Part shown: one piece after another, positions 42,138 through 53,300 of the stretch
Position numbering within the stretch: the stretch's first letter is position 1
How the letters are laid out: each line of letters starts with the position of its first letter
Assembly (NCBI GenBank): GCA_963753855.1
Contig: CAVWDV010000003.1
Span: forward strand, 14,528 to 78,527
Direction of reading: 5' to 3'
Length of the DNA stretch: 64,000 nt
Origin: Lacipirellulaceae bacterium
GTDB taxonomy: Bacteria > Planctomycetota > Planctomycetia > Pirellulales > Lacipirellulaceae
The notes under the pieces: model-generated
What the model saw: only the letters and a program-made list of their open reading frames with translations
Told to the model about the DNA's origin: nothing
Database searches by the model: none
Position numbers and translations under genes: made by a program

Positions 42138-45100
42138 ATGCGATGGTTAACGATTGGGATTCTTTCTCTGGCGGCATTCTTCGCCACCGCCGCCCGCGGC
42201 GACATCTACCAGTGGGAATACATCGACCCGCTGCACCCCGAGCTGGGCCGGCAGCAATCCAGCACGCTCGCGCCGACGGGGCGGGACATGGACGGCGTTC
42301 CAGGGGCAAATCTAAGCAACCTCGACCTGACGATGGCGTGGCTACACTGAAATGGATTTGCAGGACACAAATTTCTGCATGATACGGACCCATCACTGGC
42401 GCTGACACTGACCGGCGCTAATCTTGTCGGCAGCGTCCTTTTCTCGGAATGCAGGGATCCACGGCCGATCTAACCGACGTCGACTTCCACGATGCGGAGA
42501 TTCGCGGGGCTAACTTCAAGTCGCACGACCGATTCGGGCTTTACACGTCGCGCAGCTCTACTCGACCGCCAGCTATCAGGCGGGCGATCTTACTGGCATC
42601 GAGCTTCGCGTACAACGACTTGAGCGGTTGGGACTTCGCCGGACAAAACCTCACCGACGCTATTTTTGGGTTTCCACGCTGACCAACGCCGACTTCACCA
42701 ACGCAACGATTCGTGAAGCTAACTTCCGTAGACGTCACCGGCTTAACAGCTGCGCAGGTCTATTCGACTGCCAGCTATCAGGCGGGCGACCTCAGCGGAG
42801 TTGTATCTTGGGAAGCGTACGACCTGAAAGGCTGGAGCTTTGCCGGGCAAAACCTAACGGATGCTACATTCTACAACGCATCACTGGTCAACACAGATTT
42901 CACAAATGCCCAGGTTTGTGAGGTTTCCTTCGGCTCGACTACGGATTCCGGATTCACCGCTGAACAGCTCTATTCCACCGCAAGCTATCGGAACGGGGAA
43001 CTGAACGGTATACGCCTAAACGACAACGACTTGACGGGCTGGAACCTTAAGGGGCAGAACCTGCAAGAAGCCAAATTCTGGCGTTCCACGATGACAGATG
43101 CTGACTTGAGCGGCGCCAACCTGTCCGACGCAGAATTCTCTAGCGTGACACTGACGAACGCCAATCTGGCCGGTGCAAACCTCAGCAGTGCGGGCTTCTG
43201 GGACGCAACGCTAATCAACGCTAACCTGCAGGATGCGGATCTCCGGAATTCTATTCTCGTGCGTGCTATACTGACAAACGCGGAAGTCCGTGGGGCCAAC
43301 TTTGGGGGAGCCTACTCGTTCACGACTGACCAGCTCTATTCCACCTCCAGCTACCAATCCGGAGACCTTGCCGGAATCGGTCTTGGAGAGCAGGACCTAA
43401 CAAACGCAGACTTTGCCGGGCAGAACCTCACCGGGGCTAGTTTTCAGTATGCCACGCTGACCGGCGCCGACTTCACCGGCGCGGAGATACGCGAGGCGTC
43501 CTTTTTCCTTGCAACGGGCTTCACAGCCGCGCAGCTCTACTCGACGGCCAGCTATCAGGAATGGCGATCTTACTGGCATCGATCTTTGGTACAACGATCT
43601 GACCGGCTGGAACTTCGCCGGACAGAACCTCTCCGGCGCATCGTTTTACAGTGCTACGCTAACCGGAGCTGACCTAACTGCGCCGCGGAGATCCGCGGGG
43701 CCACTTTTTCCTACACCACGGACTCTGGTTTCACCGCCGCGCAGCTCTACTCCACTGCCAGCTACCAGTCAGGCGACCTTTCGGGCATTGGCCTTGAGGG
43801 CAACGACCTGACCAGTTGGAACTTTGCTGGCACAAACTTGACTGATGCTAGCCTGTCCGGGGCTATCTTGGCGAACGCCATTATGGGAGGTGCCGATCTT
43901 ACGAACGCGTGGGTCACTCGCGCTAACTTCAGAGGAACCACTGCATTCCGGTTTCACGGCAGCGCAATTCTACTCGACTTCCAACTATCAGGCTGGCCAC
44001 CTCGGCAGCATAGATCTTTCAGACAATGATTTGTCGGGATGGATTTTCACAGGACAGAATCTCAGGAACGCAGCCTTTAAGAATGCCAAGCTTACTAGTG
44101 CCGACCTTTCCAGCGCAGATTTGCGAAGCGCTGCATTGACCAATGCGGACCTTTCAGGCGCCACTGTTCACGGCGCAGACCTCAACTCAGTTATCGGTCT
44201 GACGGCTGCCCAATTCTATTCGACCGCTACCTACCAGGGGGGCGATCTCAGCGGAATGGATCTTGGGGCCAACAACCTCACGGGTTGGAACTTCGCCGGG
44301 ACACGCCTCACTACCGCTTCCTTTTCGGCGCAACACTCACAAACTCCGATTTCACCAACGCAGACCTCACCAACACCAACTTCGACGACACTTTGTTGAC
44401 AGGAGCTCGCCTCACCGGCGTGAATGCCTCCGAGGCGTCGTTCTCTAACGCCGAATTAACAAGCGTGGACTTCACCAACGCAACCATTCAGCAGGCGAAA
44501 TTCGACGGGGCCAGTGGCTTCACCGCCGCGCAGCTCTATTCCACTGCCAGCTACCAGGCGAGCAACCTTTCGGGCGTTCGCCTCAGTGGTAACGACCTGA
44601 CTGGTTGGGACTTCGCCGGCCAGAACCTCACCGACGCTAGTTTTGCGAGTGCCACGCTGATCGGCGCCGATCTAAGCGCTGCCAACCTCAGCGGCGCAGT
44701 TCTGAGAGGCACTACAATGACGAACGCCGACCTGAGCGCTGCCAACCTCAGCGGCGCTGTTTTTTGGTTTGCTACGCTGACCCGCGCCGACTTCACCGGC
44801 GCGGAGATTCGCGGGGCCAGTTTTTCCTCCACCACGGATTCCGGCTTTACTGCCGCGCAGCTTACTCCACCGCCAGCTACCAGGCGGGCGACCCTCGGAC
44901 CTATTGGCCTCTCTGACAACGATCTAACTGGCTGGGACTTCACCGGCCAGAACCTCACCGGGGCCGGATTCAAAGACTCTATACTGACCGGCGCCGACTT
45001 CACCGGCGCGGAAGATTCGCGCGGCGATTTTTTACTCCAGCACAGGCTTTACTGCCGCGCAGCTCTATTCCACCGCTAGCTACCAGGCGGGCGACCTGAC

Positions 45101-46475
45101 GCGAGTGTACTTCGGCTATAACGACTTAACTGGCTGGAGCTTTGCCGGGCAGAACCTCACCGGCGCTAATTTCAGTATGCCACGCTGACCGGCGCCGACT
45201 TCACCGGCGCGGAGATACGCGAGGCGAACTTTTGGCTTGCAAAGGGCTTCACAGCCGCGCAGCTCTACTCCACCGCCAGCTATCAGGCGGCCGAGCTCTC
45301 TGGCACAACGTCTCTACCGTATGGATCTCTCCGGCTGGAACTTCGTCGGCCAGAACCTCACCGACGCATCGTTTCAGAATGCCACGCTGACCGGCGCCGA
45401 CTTCACCGACGCGGAGATTCGCGGGGCGAGTTTCTATTCCACGACGGACACCGGCTTCACTGCCGAGCAGCTCTATTCCACCGCTAGCTACCAGGCGGGC
45501 GACCTGACGCGAGTGTACTTCGGCAATAACGACTTAACTGGCTGGAGCTTTGCCGGGCAGAACCTCACCGGGGCCGGATTCGAGATACTCTACACTGACC
45601 GGCGCCGACTTCACCGGCGCAGCGAGATTCGCGGGGCCGGCTTCTACTCCACCACCGATTCCGGCTTCACGGCAGCGCAGCTCTACTCGACGGCCAGCCA
45701 CCAGGCTGGCAATCTCTCGGGCATTGTCCTCGATAGTAACGACCTGACCGGGTGGGACTTCGCGGGGCAGAACCTCGCCGACGCTCAGTTTTCAGTATAC
45801 CACGCTGACCGGCGCCGATCTGAGAGGTGCCAACCTCACCAACGCAGACTTCCAGTATGCCGACCTGACCGGTGCCGACCTGAGCGGTTCGGACTGGCCG
45901 CGGCTGGCTGGCCGACTTTACGTCCCCCACCGCCACCGAAACGCAATTTCATACACTTCAACGGTTACATCGAGGGGCTCCATATACCACTGCCGAAGTG
46001 ATGCGGTTTTGGGATTCGACCTACTTCATCTCGAGTATACCTAGACACACCAATCGGTGACATCCCAATCCTCGTCGAAGACTTCATGTCGATCGACCCA
46101 GCCGGCACGCTACGGGTCGTATTCGAGGACGACCAGTGGGGCTCGATGATCACCTTCGAGCCGGGCATCCCCGTCGCGCTCGACGGCACGCTGGAACTGC
46201 TGTTCGACGACGACGCCAACCCGGCGAGCCTCGTCGGCACGACGTACCAGCTGTTCGACTGGACCGGCGTCGAGCCCGAGGGGCAGTTCGAGTACATCCT
46301 GACGCAGAACGGCTTGCTCTGGAACACGGGCCGCCTCTACACCACCGGCGAAGTGACGCTCATCGGTGCGGTGCCGAACCGGCGACCGTGGTGCTGCTGG
46401 CACTGGTTTGAGTCCCGTGCTACTGCGACGAACCGCAACCGGCAGGGGGCGAGATTCACGTTCGACGGCTTTTGA
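42138..46475 (+). CDS. secreted pentapeptide-repeat PEP-CTERM protein (many frameshifts)
   Basis: Signal peptide MRWLTIGILSLAAFFATAARG; more than 10 modules of GFTAAQLYSTASYQAGDLxGIxLxxNDLTGWxFAGQNL plus A(D/N)LxxA pentapeptides; ends GEVTLIGAV(P)EPATVVLLAL across an indel. Confidence 0.85.
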
Positions 46476-46487
46476 GTAGGACCTGCC

Positions 46488-46700
46488 AAGTTGCCGGCGG
46501 TGTGCACAACCTCTGTCAGTTGGCCAGCACCGGACTGAGCGAGGTCTGGTGCACCGCTGCGGCTTTCGGAAGTTCCGTACCTGACAGCGGTTGTGACAAC
46601 CTCGCTCATTTGAGCGGCAAGCTCCGGCGCGTCGGTCTTGGCCACCTCTGCGTCGTAGAAGAATCTCGTCCAGCGGTCGGTTGATGCATGCACCGCGTCT
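46488..46700. repeat. phased palindrome array B
   Basis: GCGGT-GTGCACA-ACCTC (46497), GAGGT-CTGGTGC-ACCGC (46541), GCGGT-TGTGACA-ACCTC (46587), TCGGT-CTTGGCC-ACCTC (46632), and a degenerate unit at 46677. Confidence 0.75.
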
Positions 46701-46914
46701 TCGAGTTGTCTCGGCTGGGCAAAAATGCTCAGTCCCGCTGTCGTATCGGTCAACCGATTCCGAAACCAGCGCCAATTGCTGTCCCACCGAAAATCGTCAC
46801 ATTAGCGACTGCCAGCATCAGCATCGATGGTGACTGGCCCGCTGCGTTATTGACAGGGGCAGTCACTGCGGTAGGATGCTTGCAGGGCCTTCAAATTCAT
46901 CAGAGGTTGATGCC

Positions 46915-47633
46915 ATGTTTCGCCCAGTACTCGTCGTGGCGTTACTGACCGGAATGGCGTGTGCCGAAGTTCCGCCTCAACGTGGAGCGGCAAATGCGCG
47001 GGTAATACCACTTAATGAGATTTGGGCGTACAAGATGCCCGGAACGAGGAATGTCCGAGAACTGGAGCGCCGCTTGCCGACCGTGTCAGTTCGCGAGAGT
47101 TCTTGGAACAGTCGCAAAGCATCAAGTTTCAACGGCTCTTGATGAAGCGGTTGGAGAAAGATGAAGTTGCTCCACGGGCGTTCTTTGTGAGAGGCACGAA
47201 GCTGCAAGCATTGCAAAACGCTGTTTCCGAATTTGAAGCCCGCACGAACCCGCAATATAAAGTACCCGCCAAGATAACGGTTCCTGCGAATGTCGAGCTA
47301 TCTCTTGTCTTCTTCTCCTACGCCTGTGGGCGATACGTTCATCTAGATCGGGTAGTGAGAAACGAAAACCGCTTCTTAATCGACTACCGTTACGTGGGAC
47401 ATATCTCGACCGATACAACCAGCCACTTTGCCATTATACCGGTCGGAAGGTTGGAACCTGGTCCGGGCAAAGTGCTGGTCGAGAGGTTACCTCCCGTTCA
47501 CCAGGACGGCGAACGTATCACTGTTTTGAATGACGGCCATAAAAGAGTATGCCAGTCGTTCAACTTCGAGGTACAGGACGATGAGGTTCCGAACACGGCT
47601 GTTTCTGTTTCTGCTTCTCCCACTCTCAACTAA
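46915..47633 (+). CDS. secreted hypothetical protein (frameshift near 47095), overlapping the S8 peptidase start
   Basis: MFRPVLVVALLTGMACA signal, IPLNEIWAYKMPGTR, then SLVFFSYACGRYVHL...HFAIIPVGRLEPG in the next frame. Confidence 0.65.
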
Positions 47634-49431
47634 CGCATTTGCTAGCGAACTGTCCAATGGTGCCGGAGGTATTAATTCCTTGGGAACCGGACTGGATGGG
47701 TCGAACGTCCTCATCGGCCAATACGAAGAGATGCGATCCGGGAAAGTCGACTACGACAATGACCCGGTGACCTCACCAAACACCGATCCGTTTAACGTCC
47801 GCTTCGGCAACAGTGCGGGAATTGATCTAGCAAACTCCGGGAACGCTGGTGAACACGCTACAATTGTTGCCCAAGTAATGGTCGGCAAAGATGAGCCTGA
47901 CGAAGGATTTGTTGGTGTAGCTCCTAACGCCCGATTGCATTCGCTAGCGACTCTACGAACTAATCTGCAAGACAATGCAATCGCGTTGGACGCTCTTGCC
48001 GATCTAAACCTACCGAAGTCGGCAACGGAAAACGGGACGATCGTCGCCATCAATCTCAGTTTCGACTTCGAGTTGACGCCGTTCGTTGAGGAACCGAACG
48101 GCAATTCATTTTTTACGCAGTTCGTCGACTGGTCAGCCACATTTCACGATGTTTTGTACGTCGCGGCGTGGGGAAACAGCGATCGCTTCAATGCCGGTAC
48201 TCCCAGCGACAACTTCAACGGCATTACCGTCGCCTCGTCGATGTCGTCTATGGGGATCACCTACGATAAATTCGACGGTTCTAACAAGGACGTGAATAAC
48301 ACAACGGATGCGACGGGCGATCGCGTCAGCATCGACGTTCTCGCTCCCGGCAGCTTCGTTGAAGTCCTCGGATTGGACAATATGCCAGAATTGGCTGATG
48401 GAACGAGTGTAGCGGCACCCCATGTTACAGGAACCGTCGCCTTGCTTCATCAGCACGCCGACACGCAAATTGCCGCGTCAAACCCACGGTTCCACCCCGG
48501 TCGCTCTCGTCGGCATGAACTAATGAAGGCAGTTATCTTGAATTCAGCCGACAAACTCGATGGCGTCCATGGATCTGAGCGGACGATCGAGGATCTAGAC
48601 TCGGTAGATTGGGATTGGACACAGTCACCGGCGTTCAGCAATCCAGATATCGCACTTGACCGTGAAGTGGGTGCGGGACACCTCAATGCAGGACGGGCGT
48701 TAGAGCAGCTTAAACCGGGCGAGCATGGGCCAGGGATGGTACCTTTGATTGGATGGGATATAGGTGAGTCTGGAGGGCAAGGCGATATGTTTGAGTATGT
48801 ATTCGATGAGCCACTTACGGGTGGCGAATACATTGCAATCACATTGACATGGGACCGAGAAAACGAAAAAACGACGAGCGGCGGCTACAAGTCTGGCGAT
48901 ACGTTTATTAATCAACCGCTAGAAGACACGCTGAGCGACCTCAACATCTATCTCATGGAGGTAAACGAGACGGACCTATCACAAGCAGTTGCAAGATCAA
49001 CAACAACAGAGGATAATGTAGAGCACATCTTCTCGAACAATATCGTCTCTGGTGAGTACAAGATAGTTGTTGAGCATAAGTCCAGTTTTACAGGACTAGA
49101 TCAGCAACAGGATTTTGCGTTGGCATGGTGGTTTGGCGACTTGCCCGAACCATTGGCAGGGGATTATGACAGCGACGGTGATGTGGACGCAGACGATTAC
49201 GGTGAATGGAAAATGGATTTCGGTACGTCGGTGGCGGCGGGAAGCGGGGCGGATGGCAATGGCGACGGCACAGTCAACCTCGCGGACTACACAGTCTGGC
49301 GGGATAACCTTGGTGCCACGACAGCAGCAACATTCGAACAAACTGCCACTCCAGAACCATCGGCAGTGATTCTTTGTTGCATCGCCGCGTTAGTGATATG
49401 TGGATGTAAGCGGCAAAGAGCGGCAGCCTAG
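47581..49431 (+). CDS. S8 (subtilase) peptidase with dockerin-like motif and PEP-CTERM
   Basis: Signal peptide; GEHATIVA (His), AAWGN (oxyanion), GTSVAAPHVTG (Ser); GDYDSDGDVDADDY, ADGNGDGTVNLADYTVWRDN; TPEPSAVILCC...RQR. Confidence 0.88.
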   Translation: MRFRTRLFLFLLLPLSTNAFASELSNGAGGINSLGTGLDGSNVLIGQYEEMRSGKVDYDNDPVTSPNTDPFNVRFGNSAGIDLANSGNAGEHATIVAQVMVGKDEPDEGFVGVAPNARLHSLATLRTNLQDNAIALDALADLNLPKSATENGTIVAINLSFDFELTPFVEEPNGNSFFTQFVDWSATFHDVLYVAAWGNSDRFNAGTPSDNFNGITVASSMSSMGITYDKFDGSNKDVNNTTDATGDRVSIDVLAPGSFVEVLGLDNMPELADGTSVAAPHVTGTVALLHQHADTQIAASNPRFHPGRSRRHELMKAVILNSADKLDGVHGSERTIEDLDSVDWDWTQSPAFSNPDIALDREVGAGHLNAGRALEQLKPGEHGPGMVPLIGWDIGESGGQGDMFEYVFDEPLTGGEYIAITLTWDRENEKTTSGGYKSGDTFINQPLEDTLSDLNIYLMEVNETDLSQAVARSTTTEDNVEHIFSNNIVSGEYKIVVEHKSSFTGLDQQQDFALAWWFGDLPEPLAGDYDSDGDVDADDYGEWKMDFGTSVAAGSGADGNGDGTVNLADYTVWRDNLGATTAATFEQTATPEPSAVILCCIAALVICGCKRQRAAA

Positions 49432-49539
49432 TTCTCGCGTTTTAGAATCCGTGCTTCAGAACTGGGATGCCACGATGCACCTTCTTTCAGTCAGGAACTT
49501 ATTTCGGTGGCAGGGCCTGATGTGATTTTGCCCGTTTGG

Positions 49540-49772
49540 TACAGCGCAGCGGCTGGACCGACACCAGTGAGTCGCGTCCGATGCCAACTTACAGAGGTGT
49601 CCGTCTCGATGACACACCTCGTGCAGGTTCGCGGACTTCTTGGCAGCGTCGGTGTGCACATCCTCGTTCAGTTTGAGGTCCACCTTCGAGCTGGCGGGTG
49701 GACCACCTTCGCGGAGTTGCGCTCCTCCGAACTTGCTGAGGTCGTGTCTGGGATTTGAAACCTCAGTGCGCC
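49540..49772. repeat. phased palindrome array C
   Basis: Cores at 49549, 49594 (17-nt spacer), 49649, 49694 and 49738 (17-nt spacer); periods 45, 55, 45, 44. Confidence 0.7.
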
Positions 49773-50325
49773 AGCGGCATCCCAAAGTCAACGCGGATGA
49801 TGCACCCGCCGCGGCTTGGAGCGGGGACGAAATAGCTGCGATGCGAAGCCCACTGCACGGTAGCGGAGCCCCGTTTGCCACCTCTGGGGGGGGCGGTGTA
49901 GGAACCGCCACCCAGGTTGCACGCGTAGGAAAATGCCTCCCGCAACAGTCCACTCGAATTGCGTGAAGACGCCATAGAACGAACATTAGCCGCTGTTTCG
50001 AAGCTCCTTGCGGGTTGGCAAGACCGATTCGGGATTGGGGGGGTGGTAGTAACTCGACTCGAGTGAAAGGGTCGGGAAATATCAAAATCGTGGCCGACAT
50101 CGCGCCAATCTTGTCTCATTTCGAGCATGGATACCTTCTCGCAGAGACCAGCACGCTCTGAATAAGTGACCATTCCTAGACTGTCAGCGTTCTAGGTGCT
50201 GAAGAAGTTTCGGATATTGGTCCAACTTGAGAGGAAACCCCGGTGGTAAATCAACTACACTGACTTACGGTGACGCTCGCTTGGAGGCAACAAACTTCTC
50301 ATCCTCGACTGCGAAAGTGACTCCC

Positions 50326-53300
50326 ATGACGCATATAGTGCAGAGATCGTCAACTCATCACTGTTTCCTCTTGTGCGTTCTCGTTTCCTCGACGATCTCT
50401 TCAGAGACCGTGCTGGCGCAGGTCATCGACTGGAACAACTCGTCCGGAGGAGCGTATGGGACAGCCAGCAATTGGAATCCGGTCAACGTGCCCAATACGG
50501 CCGCCGAGACGGCGCAATTTGATTTGGCCAACACTTTCCGAGTCACGTTTAACTCGGCCAGCTCAACGACGATCGACGATCTTGTTGACAAGCGATGGCG
50601 TCGTGACGTTCAGCAACAACGGAGCGAGCGACGCGACACTCATCATTTCGGACGACGCACTAATCGAAAGCGATCTGATGCTAGCGCAGTTCTTAACCAC
50701 AGGCGACGTGAACCTCAACATTGCCGACCTACTTCTTGTCGGCGGCGGTAGCACATTCTCGGTTTCCCAAGGCGCTGCGGTGACAGCCAACATGCTCGAC
50801 CTGGGAATTACAGGTAGCGGAAATGGCACAATACTTGTCGACGGTGTTGGCTCATCGCTCGCAGTGGCCGGAACGAACCGCATAGGCGGATTCGGCAAAA
50901 CTGGCACGTTAACATTTCAGAACGGTTCGGTGGGCAATAGTCTTAGCGGTTTGACGCAGCTCATTGGCGGATCTAGCGCTACGAACAGCACGGGCCGTTT
51001 GAGTGTACTCTCCGGGGCATCGCTGCAGACGGCCAGCATCAATGTGGGCTTGTCGAATTCGGCGAGTGCTGTTCAAGAAGGCACGCTCACAGTCTCACGG
51101 CACCGGTTCTCACCTGACGATGACTGGCGCCTCGACGCTCAACATCGGGGATGAAACCAATCCCAACGTCACAGCCGATGTGATTGTTTCTAGCGGCGGC
51201 CAATTCGACACCGGCACGGGCGCAATCACGATTCAAAACTCCGGCGATCTTCGCGTCTCCGGTGGCACGTTCAACGCCAACGGACTGATTACGATGGGCA
51301 GTGGCACCAGACTCTCACTCTTTTCTGACGGCTCGATCAACGCCAATGCTGGGCTGGACAACTCGGCCGGCGGCACACTGGAACTCTTTAACGGCACGCT
51401 CACAGTGACCGGCGGTGCTTTCGCCCCCAATGCTGGCGGGCCCACGGACGACTATGCTATCGACGGGCTGACCCCAGCCGATATGCCTCATCTCGTGATT
51501 GGTGCCGGAGCAACGGCGAACATTGGCAACGACCTCTACGTCGGTGACGTTAAGCAAGGCGAGCTATCTATCACCGGCGGTGGGACGGCAGTCAGCCAGA
51601 CTAGCTATATCGCCAAAGGGAGTGGGTCGTCTGGCACGGTGACTGTCTCTGGTGTGGGCTCTAGCTGGACTTCGGATGTAATCTATGTCGGTGACTATGG
51701 CGACGGCACGCTAGAAATTCGAGACGGGGGGACGATATTAAATGACAGGACATTTATTGGATTTAGATCCTCTCCCTTGGGCAGTACAGTGATCGTTGAC
51801 GGCGAAGGCTCCACTTTTACGAATTCTGGTAAACTGGCTGTAAGCTACTCTGGCGACAACACAATGCGTATTCTCAACGGTGGATCGGTCTCTAACACAG
51901 CCGGCTCTATCGCTTGGTCAAGCAACTCGACTGGTGTGGTGACGGTCGATGGCACGGATGGATTAGGCAATCCTTCTACCTGGACGAATTCTGAAACTCT
52001 CTGGGTCGGCGTCGGAGGCAGTGCCACGCTGAATATCCTCAACGGCGGAGTGGTTTCTAACACATCCGGTACAGTCAGCGGCGTATTTCTGATCGATCAG
52101 TCAACTAGTGTCGTGACGGTCGACGGCACGGATGGTTTGGGAAACCCATCCACCTGGACGAATTCTGGTGAACTGAGAGTCGGCTATGGTGAGAGTACAC
52201 TGATGATTCAAAACGGTGGAGTGGTATCTAGCATTGGTGGCACAGTCGGCTTTAATTCCCCCTCAGTCAGCGTGGTGACGATCGACGGCCCAGGTTCGAC
52301 CTGGACGAATTCAACTCTTGTTTTAAGTGTCGGCAATCTTGGAAACGGTACGCTGAATATCCTGAACGAAGGTGCGGTCATTAGTGTTGATAGCTTTATT
52401 GGCGTCGAGACCGCTTCGACCGGCGCCGTCACTGTCGATGGCACCAACTCGACATGGACGAATTCTGGTGATCTATTTATCGGCGGGGACGACACTTCGG
52501 CCGGCGGGACCGGCACACTCAACGCACAAAACAACGGAGTCGTCGAGGTGGGCGGCGCATTGAAGATTTGGCCGGACGGTACCGTGAACCTCGCCGGCGG
52601 TACGCTCAACGCCGACGGCGCGGTCACGATGACTAGTGACAGTACACTCAAGCTCATCAGTGGCGGCGCACTCAACGCTCGCGCCGGGCTCGACAACGCG
52701 GCCGAAGGCACTCTGGAACTCTTTAACGGCACACTCACCGTAACCGGTGGCGCCTTCGTTCCCAACGCCGGCGGTGCGCCGGACGACTATGACGTGAACG
52801 GGCTCACGCCAGCCGACATGCCGCATCTCGTGATTGGCGCCGGCGGGACCGCGAACTTTGACGGCGTCTTACGCACCGGAACTTTCGACCAGGGTGAGTT
52901 GACCGTCTCCGGCGGCGGCGTGGTTTCCAGCAGCGGCGGTACGATCGGCAATAATTCGGGCTCGACCGGAACGGTGAACGTCAACGGAGTAAATTCACGG
53001 TGGAGGGTTACCGGTAATCTGGCAGTCGGCAACTCAGGCGAAGGATCGTTGAATATACTTGACGGTGGGGACGTTTCCAACGAAGTCGGGTTAGTCGGTG
53101 ACAATTACTCCGCCAGCGGTACGGTGACAGTCAACAGTGCCACTTGGACCAATACCGACAGTCTGTTTGTCGGCCGACACGGCGACGGCGAGCTGAATGT
53201 TCAGAACGGCGGAATGGTTTCCAGCAACGATGGAGCCATCGGCGAATTCCCAGGATTCATTGGCGGCGACTCGAATGGCATAGCAACCATCGATGGCGGC

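Noticed and set aside
42400-45900. Diversity-generating retroelement template/variable repeats
   Set aside because: The repeats are in-frame protein modules without adenine-specific differences, and no reverse transcriptase is present.
46488-46700. CRISPR array interpretation of the 45-bp periodic repeats
   Set aside because: The repeats are too degenerate, the variable parts are only ~7 and ~12 nt, there are at most 5 units, and there are no cas genes or leader.
46337-46753. Minus-strand ORF with EVVTT/EVVHT pseudo-repeats as a 15-aa repeat protein
   Set aside because: Periods of 44, 46 and 55 bp break the frame, and conservation is palindromic at DNA level, so the peptide pattern is a by-product.
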